Of a stretch of DNA of 64,000 nt, positions 10,849 to 18,547 are shown in pieces (positions within the stretch are counted from its first letter, which is position 1; every line of letters begins with the position of its first letter). The translations under genes were made by a program, and so were the position numbers. This DNA is from an uncultured Verrucomicrobiae bacterium (lineage in GTDB: Bacteria; Verrucomicrobiota; Verrucomicrobiia; Chthoniobacterales; Chthoniobacteraceae). The stretch spans positions 96,001 to 160,000 of the forward strand of contig CAWIKF010000001.1 of NCBI GenBank assembly GCA_963836755.1, read 5' to 3'. The notes under the pieces are model-generated. The model worked only from the letters and a program-made list of their open reading frames with translations, was not told the DNA's origin and did no database searches.

Positions 10849-11145
10849 TACTCGGAGTTGGCACTTACTCAAGTTGCCAGGATTGATTGAGAAATCAGTG
10901 CCACTAAAAAGACCTTTTATATAACAATTATACTTATTCCCCCGCTGTTCGAACAAATGACGACGATCCCGATGCCCACATCTCCTCTGTTTGGATACGA
11001 TAGGATAGTCGCCGGCAATTTTGTTTAACAGGCGCACTTTGAGTGAACCATTCATCCCGGTCCTCGTGTCGCCCAGTCGCCGGCACCCGTATGAACCCGA
11101 TCTGCGCGTTTTTCGGCAACTTGCGTCACAGCGGCCACCGCGCCG

Positions 11146-11212
11146 GAAAAGCCGACTCCGGGCCGCGCTTGCGCCATTCTCCCATTCGCCCTTTCCCCGG
11201 AGCCGGTTTTTC
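11146..11212. repeat. 17-bp imperfect inverted repeat with a 33-nt spacer
   Basis: GAAAAGCCGACTCCGGG (11146-11162) versus CCCGGAGCCGGTTTTTC (11196-11212). Confidence 0.8.
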
Positions 11213-11241
11213 AACCACGCGCTTATTTTACGCAAGTGACA

Positions 11242-11260
11242 TAGGACATTGGCTGTCCCA
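11242..11260. promoter_or_regulatory. Putative WYL-regulator operator TAGGACA-N5-TGTCCCA
   Basis: Palindrome upstream of the WYL gene; TAAAAT lies 11 nt beyond it on the minus strand; near-identical to the site at 12751. Confidence 0.6.
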
Positions 11261-11524
11261 AGCTCCAAAAATCTGCATGTCATTTTTTTCGGCTCGGGCG
11301 GCAGATGTCCTACCCCGCGCGGCCACGCCCGATTCCTATCGACAACTTCATAGAGCGCGATCGCGGGATTGCTCTTCGCGAGGATGTCGCCAGAGAAAGC
11401 CATCAAGTTGAATGGACAAACAATGTTCGGCACCAGCAATCCTCGCTTCAGTCTTAATTGAGTAAATGAATCTTGTTCGGGAAACCGGTTCGCGCTTGCC
11501 TGTCAGCACAAAGGCAGATACCGG

Positions 11525-11545
11525 GTTGGACGTGCGAAGTCCAAC
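11525..11545. promoter_or_regulatory. Palindrome GTTGGAC-N7-GTCCAAC just upstream of the likely WYL start codon
   Basis: Perfect 7-bp arms with the same GGAC-N7-GTCC core; ATG at 11553. Confidence 0.55.
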
Positions 11546-11552
11546 ATCTGCC

Positions 11553-12554
11553 ATGCGTCGAAGTGCAAAACGCAAGACCGCCTTTCATTCGCGACCACCG
11601 CTGGAGCGCATGATGCGGTTACATGAGAAGCTCAAAGCCGGTAAATTTCCCAACTGTCGCAAGCTCGCCGAGGAGCTGGAGGTCTCTTCGAAAACAATCC
11701 AGCGTGACATCGATTTCATGCGCGACCGGCTCAATCTGCCGATCGAATACGACCAGCTCCACTTTGGCTTCGCCTACACCGAGCCGGTGACGAGTTTCCC
11801 GAGCATTGAAGTTTCGGAAGGCGAAATCGTAGCTCTGTTCGTGGCGCAAAAAGCGATGGAACAATACAAAGGCACGCCGTTCGAGAAGTCGCTCAAGACG
11901 GCGTTTGAAAAGATCAGCGAGGGACTCCAGGACACTATTGATTTTCATTGGCACGAAGTGGATTCGGCAATCTCGTTTCGCGGGATTGGGAAGAGCATCG
12001 CGGACATCGAGTTATTTGAAATCGTGAGCCGTGCTGTGCTCAAATCGCACGAGCTGGCGTTTGAATACAAGAAGCTCCATGGATCACAGCACGAGTCTCG
12101 ACGTGTGCAGCCTTACCACCTCGGCTGTGTGGAAAATCAGTGGTATCTTTTCGGCTTCGATCTCGTGCGCCAGCAACGCCGGACCTTCGCGCTGCCACGG
12201 ATGCGAAAGCTCCGTGATACAGGCGCTAGGTTCAAACGCCCGGCCGATTTTTCAATCACCAAACATCTGGGCGACAGTTTTGGCGTGTTCACGGGCAACG
12301 GAAGGCGCCGTGTCCGGATCCGTTTCGACGAATTTGCCAGCCGGCTTGTGAGCGAGCGCCAGTGGCATCCATCGCAGAAAATCAAGCAGCTTCGCAACGG
12401 CGAGATCGAGCTCACTTTGGACCTCGGCGGTCTCGAGGAAATCGAGCGCTGGATTCTGAGTTGGGGCATACATGCGCGTGTGTTGGAGCCACGAGCACTG
12501 ATTGATCAGGTTCGGAACGTCGTGGACGTGATCAGGAAAAATTACGAGAGTTGA
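11553..12554 (+). CDS. HTH-WYL-WCX transcriptional regulator (PafB/PafC/DriD-like)
   Basis: wHTH LAEELEVSSKTIQRDIDFMR; WYL domain RRVQPYHL..WYLFGFD..RTFALPRM; C-terminal WILSWG..VLEP. Start could also be 11466. Confidence 0.93.
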   Translation: MRRSAKRKTAFHSRPPLERMMRLHEKLKAGKFPNCRKLAEELEVSSKTIQRDIDFMRDRLNLPIEYDQLHFGFAYTEPVTSFPSIEVSEGEIVALFVAQKAMEQYKGTPFEKSLKTAFEKISEGLQDTIDFHWHEVDSAISFRGIGKSIADIELFEIVSRAVLKSHELAFEYKKLHGSQHESRRVQPYHLGCVENQWYLFGFDLVRQQRRTFALPRMRKLRDTGARFKRPADFSITKHLGDSFGVFTGNGRRRVRIRFDEFASRLVSERQWHPSQKIKQLRNGEIELTLDLGGLEEIERWILSWGIHARVLEPRALIDQVRNVVDVIRKNYES

Positions 12555-12727
12555 CGGCGCCGGCGGGAACCTCGGTCGCAGACAAGCGCGAACTCACCCT
12601 GCACGAGAATCGGCGCGGATGAGCGTCCCTGGATAACCGCCCGAAGTTTCTGGAACTTGTGGTGAACGTGTTCCGCGGTGAGCCAGCGCTGTTTGGGTCT
12701 GCGGTTTGGATAATGTGTCGTGTTCAT
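12542..12727 (-). CDS. Small hypothetical protein (61 aa, MNTTHYPNRR...)
   Basis: ATG lies 24 bp from a perfect palindrome; convergent with the WYL gene and overlaps its 3' end by 13 bp; no homology recognised. Confidence 0.5.
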   Translation of the reverse strand: MNTTHYPNRRPKQRWLTAEHVHHKFQKLRAVIQGRSSAPILVQGEFALVCDRGSRRRRQLS

Positions 12728-12750
12728 GCGCGCTAAGATTCGCACGACCA

Positions 12751-12771
12751 GTGGGACATACGTTGTCCCAC
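12751..12771. promoter_or_regulatory. Putative WYL-regulator operator GTGGGACA-N5-TGTCCCAC
   Basis: Perfect 8-bp inverted repeat with a 5-nt spacer, upstream of the small ORF. Confidence 0.65.
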
Positions 12772-12869
12772 AGGAGGGAAAAAGAAACGCATCGCGCCCA
12801 TCGACGCTTTCGCTCGATTGCAGAACAGTGCCCGCGGGCACTGACACGGTCGCGGTCAGGATTTATCCG

Positions 12870-14015
12870 TCACGTTGAAACGTTGACTAGGAGACGTTGA
12901 ACGGTCCACACCGCCGCCGTGATCGCGATGAGGCTGGAGGCGGGAATTACGATGCAACGCCGATACCAAGGACGATGACGAAACCAGCCCACGACCAGAA
13001 AGGCGGCGGTGATGACTGCAAGCTGCCCGCACTCGACGCCCACGTTGAAGCCGATCAGTCCGGTCAGGAAATTATTCCGGGCCAGGCCGACTTTGGCAAA
13101 GGCACTGGCAAAACCCAGGCCGTGAATGAGCCCGAAGGAGAAGACAATCAAGGGTCGCCACGGTTTGAGTTCGCCGGTGCAAATATTTTCCACGGCGATG
13201 TAAACAATCGAGGCGGCAATGAGCGGCTCCGTGATCGACGACGGAAGGCGGATGACGCCGTAAATGGAAAGGCCCAACGTGATGGAATGGGCTACGGTGA
13301 AGGCAGAGACCTGCCAGAGAAGAGCGGTGAGACGGTTACTGAGCAAGAAAAGTCCCAGGACAAAGAGGATGTGGTCCAGGCCTTCGGGAACGATGTGGCG
13401 AAAGCCGACCACGACGTAGCGACCGAAATTAGTCAGGTGCGAAGCAGTTCCAGTCGGCGGAAGCCTCAGTTTGATATCGCTGGAATACTCGCCTGCGGCG
13501 ACAGGCTCGTCGTGACTTTCGCCATTGGGCAGCTCGTAGACATGGACCGTGTCACCGAGGACGTAGGGCAGACGGATGGAGATGGTGTGTGCGTTCGCAG
13601 GCAAAGTGCCGGAGAAAGAGATATCTCCAGGCATCAAAATTCTCGGCTGGATTTTGCGCGCGAGGACCTCATCGACTTCAGCCAAACCGGGCATTTGCCA
13701 CGAGGTGGGGACGACATCCCCGGCATCGGTGCGGATTACGACTTCTCGCCGGAAGCGATCGCCGGAATCGGAGAGCATCTGGCCCAGGTTCGCCCGCGGG
13801 CCATTCAGCAGGGCTTCGAGTTGCTCATTGGTAGTGGCGGCAGAAGTTTGTTCGAGCGCGTAGGAGAGGATGTCGATATTCACGTTCGCCCGAAAGTTCC
13901 CGGAGGGCTCGATCTCGATTTGCAGGGTGGTGAATTGCGCCGGGTGGGCCAGCGCCGACTGTGTCAGCAGCGCAAACAGGCCCAGTGTTCCGGCCACGAC
14001 CCAGGATTTACTCAC
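12870..14015 (-). CDS. HupE/UreJ family membrane protein with an N-terminal exported domain
   Basis: GFRHIVPEGLDHILF, AFTVAHSITL, FGLIHGLGFA, FNVGVECGQL; GTG at 14015 overlaps the end of the GH38 gene. Confidence 0.85.
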   Translation of the reverse strand: MSKSWVVAGTLGLFALLTQSALAHPAQFTTLQIEIEPSGNFRANVNIDILSYALEQTSAATTNEQLEALLNGPRANLGQMLSDSGDRFRREVVIRTDAGDVVPTSWQMPGLAEVDEVLARKIQPRILMPGDISFSGTLPANAHTISIRLPYVLGDTVHVYELPNGESHDEPVAAGEYSSDIKLRLPPTGTASHLTNFGRYVVVGFRHIVPEGLDHILFVLGLFLLSNRLTALLWQVSAFTVAHSITLGLSIYGVIRLPSSITEPLIAASIVYIAVENICTGELKPWRPLIVFSFGLIHGLGFASAFAKVGLARNNFLTGLIGFNVGVECGQLAVITAAFLVVGWFRHRPWYRRCIVIPASSLIAITAAVWTVQRLLVNVST

Positions 14016-17000
14016 CGCTCTTTTGCGACTGGCTGAAGAGCGCCTTGACTTCCTTTTCACTCAACGCGCCGCGGCGCAAAGTAAAGTTTTTGATGCTGCC
14101 CTCAAAAGCGTGTTGGTGTTCCCACGGATCGGTCGCGCCCACACTAATGATAGGATCGGCATCCGCCCCAAATCGGGCATGGGCCTTGCCGATGGACTCG
14201 CCATCTTTATACAAGGCGACATTATCTCCGTTGAAGGTAACCGTCAGCATTTGCCAGCGTCCCACGTCGAGCGGCGAATTCGTCTTCACGTTTTTTCCAC
14301 CATGCCAAAATTCGATGCCATCCGGGTAAACGGCGAGGTAACGGGCACCGGCAGCGACGCTTGTTTTGTCCTCAGCTTTTCCGAAGCCAACAAGAATCAC
14401 CCGCTGCTCCGGCTTGGCTTCGGCCCTGACGAATACGTTCATGGTCCACGCATCTTTTTGGTGCACCGGAAGGTCCGATACGGGCTTGGTGACAGTCTCC
14501 GCAGGTAACTTCGCAGCGGCGAGGCTGTAGATGATATTGTCGGCCTTGAACGGCTTCGTCACCGGCACCATCTGATTCGCGGCCGGCGCAGTGTCCTTGA
14601 TTCCATGCAGTGCGACGGTGTAGGAAGTGCCGGAAATCAGGGGGCTGTCGAACACGAGGGTGGCGGTCATTCCATCCGGGGAAAGGCTGACCGTCGTTAC
14701 GGGCGCAGGCGGCTGAATGGTGTAGTTCTTCGCGTCCGATGCAGTGGCGTTGTCTAACGGTTCAGAGAAGGCAAGAATCAGGCTTTTCGCCTTGTCGGTG
14801 AAGGCGCTGAGGAGCTGGGGCGGATTGGTGTCGTGGATGTTGATCATGCCGCGAGTGATCGGCCCTTGCCGGCCACCTGTATCGATTTGCCGGACGGCGA
14901 TGTTGACCGTATCAGCCTTGTAAAACGGACCATCGTAAACCGGGGATGCCGCAGTCGGATCGCTGCCATCGAGCGTGTAGTGCAGATCGTGCGGGTGATA
15001 GTAGAGCGGCGGGATGAGCGAGATCTTCGTCGCATTCGCGAAGGTCTGGCCCGCCTGCGGAATAATCGGCGCGCCGCCCATTAGGTGATCGGCTAGCGTG
15101 TCGTATAGCGGCGCTGCGGGAGGAGTCGCTGCGGGCTGGCGGCTGACGCTGACCGCAAAGACGCGGATTTTTGGATTGTCCGGCAAGGTCAAATTCTTTG
15201 CTCCCTTGGGCAGGTCGTAACTGAGTTGGAAAAGATACGAAAACTCATAGTATGCGTCACCTTGGGGCGTGTTGTGATGAGTGGCGAACCAGGCTACGGG
15301 CGTGCGCTTGATGAAGCCCGGCGTAAGGCCAATCGGCGGGTCCTTATGCTCAACATTGAAGGCGTCGGCCTGCGCTTCCGAATATGCTCCCGTGTCTGCC
15401 GGATCCCAGACTCGGTTATCCCATTGGCCGATGAAGCCGGTCCAATTCGGCACGTCGAAGGGGTGGTCCGCGTTCCCGATCTTGATCTGGCTGGACGCAT
15501 CGCCATCGGCAGCGACGAGCAAATGGACGCGGTTGAACTCGCCGGCTGGTATTTCGAGCTTTTGGCCATGGGCAGCGAGTGCGTTCCTGGCCCCGTTCGC
15601 GATGGGGCCGAGCTTGAATTCAACGCCCTCGCGCGTGAGCTGCTGCGGGAACATTTCCGCCGGATAGGTTCCTCCATTCCCATCCATTGCGCCATCGTCG
15701 CGCTTCGCTCGGGAACTCGCGACATCCGTGTCGTAGGCGAGCGGCACGGACTGGCTGGTCACGGCTTCGACTGCCGCAGTGGGCGGAGCAAGCTTAATAG
15801 CGAAAGCGCGAAGTCCGTAACCTTTCATGTCAAAACTGAGCGCCCCATTCGTGACCGTCGCGCTGCCGACGGAGCGCTCTTGCGCGTCAATTTCCCGAGC
15901 GGCCGTGATGGCCGTGGCACCGTGAAGGAGCAGGCCGGTGGCAGGTTTGCCGGTAAGTTCCTTAAACCTGACGACGATTTCCTTGGAGTCCTCCGCCTGC
16001 TTGACGGCCATGATCTGGACTTGGTCGCTGCCGAGGGAAAGTAACGAAAAAGTTTTACCCAAGGCACCGGCGTGAGCTGCGGGTAGGAAGGCCCGAAGCG
16101 GCTGATTCAATCGTGCGGCCTGCGTAGGGGTGTGGCCTGCAACCCAGTCACGCTGATGAGCAGCCAGAGCCAGGAGAATTTCATGCCGCCCGATGTCTTG
16201 ACTTGCTTGATCGTTCGGCCCGCGCCCTGGGGCTGGCGTATAGATCATGGTCGTCCGAAGCGTATGATCATCGGGTTTGTCTGATCCGTATTTGGAATCG
16301 TTTAAAACCGATACACCGAACGCTCCTCCCGTATCGGTGAGATCCATCCACTGTTGCTGGGACATCTCGAAGCATTTCGGGTTGTTGTTGCCGCGCTTCA
16401 CAACGCCAACCTTGTCCTCAAACGCACCGTCCGGATTACCGGCGGCAAAATGAAAATCTGCGCGCAGGCTCGCTTCCAATGAACGCCAGTCGATGTTGTT
16501 GAGGATCTCCACGCGATCACCCGCACTGCCCGCGGCCAGACGAATTTCCTGAGTGAAAACGGAATTTTCCGTTACTCGTTTCACCTCGAGTGTCACTCGC
16601 GCCGGGCCATTTTCCGCGATGCGGAACTTGGCAGGACCACTGACATAATTGCGTGCGGGTTTTACGCGGTCTTCGTAATACATGTTCCAAGAGGGATACG
16701 CCGGGGGATTTTCCGGGTTGATGGAGAGACGCGCCGGAGCGGAAAGCAACTCGCGCTTGAGCGATTTATCAAAGATTGACGCGATATCTCCGGCGGCGTT
16801 CAACGTGACGCGGTAGCGGGCATTCTCCAGCGAGTTTTCGGTGACATTCAACTTGGGCTCGGAGATAGGGCCTGCGCCCGGGCGCAAATCGTAGATGGCG
16901 TAGCCGAGGGAGGGTGCCTTGGCGATAAAGAGCACTTTCAGTGAGTTGCTGTCGTGAGCAAGAATCTGGGTCGGCACGGGTTGACCTTGGGAATCGTAGG

Positions 17001-18342
17001 CTGTGATCGAGGCGGGCACGTCTCCCTTGAAGGGGATACTGGCCTCGACCGCGTCTTCGCGTTCGATTGCCAGGGGATTGTAGACCGCGACTGGCGTGCC
17101 CTGCGCACTGGTATCCATGCGGGAGATGACTGCAGCGGAAGCCGTTTCCGTAACGGAAGCGAATTGGTTCAGGGCCAGCACCTCGTCGTTCCACGAGTAT
17201 TCGTAAGCTTTCGGCACGCTCGTGCCGGGCATGATGTCGTGCATTTGTGAACCCAAGACGAGGTCCCATCCTTGGTAGAGTGGGTCATAAGGGTAGGCGA
17301 AAGCACCAAGCCAGGAAGCGGTCGTCGCCGCCCCTTCGGCTGCAGCCGCAAGTTGCTCGTTTTTGCGGTTCCAACGCTTCATGTAAGCCTCCGAACTGAG
17401 CGATCCAGCCGAGTGATTGACCAACTCGAGTTCGCCCGTATAGGTGGGTAATTTGGCTGCGTCAGCGGGCGTGAGATCGCGGAAGATTTGATCGGAACTG
17501 CCTTCGATGACCCGCACCGGGCCGCCGCTGACCAGCGCGCGCTCCACCCAATCGACCGTGGATGCCTTGGCGGCGCCGCCTCGATCACCGATGCCAAAAT
17601 ATTTGAAGTCGGCGTAAATGCCGGAATTGTCCCCGTCCTCGGTAATGCGCTTGAGCCACATCGGGCTCTTGCTGAGGTCCTCGTTGATTTGATTGCCGTA
17701 GCCGCCCGGGTTCAGCGCGGCCATCACTGATGAGCCATCTGGGCCATACCAGACACCGACATTGAAAGGTATGCCCACGGCCGAGCCCCAAGTCAGTTTT
17801 TGGGTGGAGAATCCCTTGAGGCCGCCATGCGCCATGATCGTCGGCAAAGAGGCGGGAAAACCAAAGCAATCCGGCAGGATGAAATCGTCATTTTGCTTTC
17901 CGAACTCGTGCTCGAAGAAATGATTTCCGTAAAGAAAGTGGCGGGTGACCGATTCGAGTGAGGGGATGTTGACGTCGCATTCATCGACTGATGATCCCGA
18001 TGGCACCCACCGACCTTCGGCCACATATTTTATCACCTTCGCATAATCCTCCGGATAGTATTCCTTCATGAATTCGTAACGGCGCGAGCCAGTGAAGTTG
18101 AAGACGTAGTTGGGATACTTTTCCAGAAGAGGAAAATTCTGCTCCATCGTGTTCAGGATATAGTCCCGAGTGGTTTGCGGATAAGTCCAACGCCACTCCG
18201 TATCCAAGTGGGCGTAACCCATGATATAGAGGTTTTTGTCGTGCGCGAAGTCAACCGGTTTGAGAGGTAACTTTTTATAGTCCTCGCCTAGGAGCGAAAC
18301 GGTGGTGAGGCAAAGACCAACAATCAGGATGGAAAATTTCAT
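14008..18342 (-). CDS. Secreted multidomain GH38 alpha-mannosidase with C-terminal FN3-associated, Ig-like and LamG-like domains
   Basis: AHLDTEWRW, LPDCFGF, FGIGDRGG, QMHDIMPGTS; HYTLDGSDPT; LAFSEPLD..NYTI; WQMLTVTFNG..LYKDG. Confidence 0.9.
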   Translation of the reverse strand: MKFSILIVGLCLTTVSLLGEDYKKLPLKPVDFAHDKNLYIMGYAHLDTEWRWTYPQTTRDYILNTMEQNFPLLEKYPNYVFNFTGSRRYEFMKEYYPEDYAKVIKYVAEGRWVPSGSSVDECDVNIPSLESVTRHFLYGNHFFEHEFGKQNDDFILPDCFGFPASLPTIMAHGGLKGFSTQKLTWGSAVGIPFNVGVWYGPDGSSVMAALNPGGYGNQINEDLSKSPMWLKRITEDGDNSGIYADFKYFGIGDRGGAAKASTVDWVERALVSGGPVRVIEGSSDQIFRDLTPADAAKLPTYTGELELVNHSAGSLSSEAYMKRWNRKNEQLAAAAEGAATTASWLGAFAYPYDPLYQGWDLVLGSQMHDIMPGTSVPKAYEYSWNDEVLALNQFASVTETASAAVISRMDTSAQGTPVAVYNPLAIEREDAVEASIPFKGDVPASITAYDSQGQPVPTQILAHDSNSLKVLFIAKAPSLGYAIYDLRPGAGPISEPKLNVTENSLENARYRVTLNAAGDIASIFDKSLKRELLSAPARLSINPENPPAYPSWNMYYEDRVKPARNYVSGPAKFRIAENGPARVTLEVKRVTENSVFTQEIRLAAGSAGDRVEILNNIDWRSLEASLRADFHFAAGNPDGAFEDKVGVVKRGNNNPKCFEMSQQQWMDLTDTGGAFGVSVLNDSKYGSDKPDDHTLRTTMIYTPAPGRGPNDQASQDIGRHEILLALAAHQRDWVAGHTPTQAARLNQPLRAFLPAAHAGALGKTFSLLSLGSDQVQIMAVKQAEDSKEIVVRFKELTGKPATGLLLHGATAITAAREIDAQERSVGSATVTNGALSFDMKGYGLRAFAIKLAPPTAAVEAVTSQSVPLAYDTDVASSRAKRDDGAMDGNGGTYPAEMFPQQLTREGVEFKLGPIANGARNALAAHGQKLEIPAGEFNRVHLLVAADGDASSQIKIGNADHPFDVPNWTGFIGQWDNRVWDPADTGAYSEAQADAFNVEHKDPPIGLTPGFIKRTPVAWFATHHNTPQGDAYYEFSYLFQLSYDLPKGAKNLTLPDNPKIRVFAVSVSRQPAATPPAAPLYDTLADHLMGGAPIIPQAGQTFANATKISLIPPLYYHPHDLHYTLDGSDPTAASPVYDGPFYKADTVNIAVRQIDTGGRQGPITRGMINIHDTNPPQLLSAFTDKAKSLILAFSEPLDNATASDAKNYTIQPPAPVTTVSLSPDGMTATLVFDSPLISGTSYTVALHGIKDTAPAANQMVPVTKPFKADNIIYSLAAAKLPAETVTKPVSDLPVHQKDAWTMNVFVRAEAKPEQRVILVGFGKAEDKTSVAAGARYLAVYPDGIEFWHGGKNVKTNSPLDVGRWQMLTVTFNGDNVALYKDGESIGKAHARFGADADPIISVGATDPWEHQHAFEGSIKNFTLRRGALSEKEVKALFSQSQKSGE

Positions 18343-18547
18343 AGTTTAAGACATTTGAGGGCGAAGCTGGGATCAACACTAACCCGGGATATCGGAAAAA
18401 GTTTCGCGAGTATTTGCCGCCGAAGTGATTATGCGAAGATATTTTTCTGAGGTGCCACCGGCCAGCGGGTGAATCGACTCCCGTCTTTTTCAATGAAGAC
18501 CTCGACGCACAGGAGCAACAGTGTTAAGACTAACCGTGTTGCTCGAT

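Noticed and set aside
10915..10945. AT-rich patch resembling a dif/Xer site (minus strand GGGGAATAAGTATAATTGTTATAT)
   Set aside because: The XerD-like arm does not align at the required 6-bp spacer; the match is too loose.
10946..10955. TGTTCGAACA palindrome as a Verrucomicrobia LexA box
   Set aside because: The described box is TGTTC-N4-GAACA; this has no spacer. The fic sites have a 7-nt spacer and do not fit either.
10822..11439. 205-aa, 122-aa and 61-aa ORFs between tRNA-Thr and the WYL gene
   Set aside because: No recognisable motifs, Arg/Ser/Cys-rich composition, and overlap with the tRNA or the operator sites.
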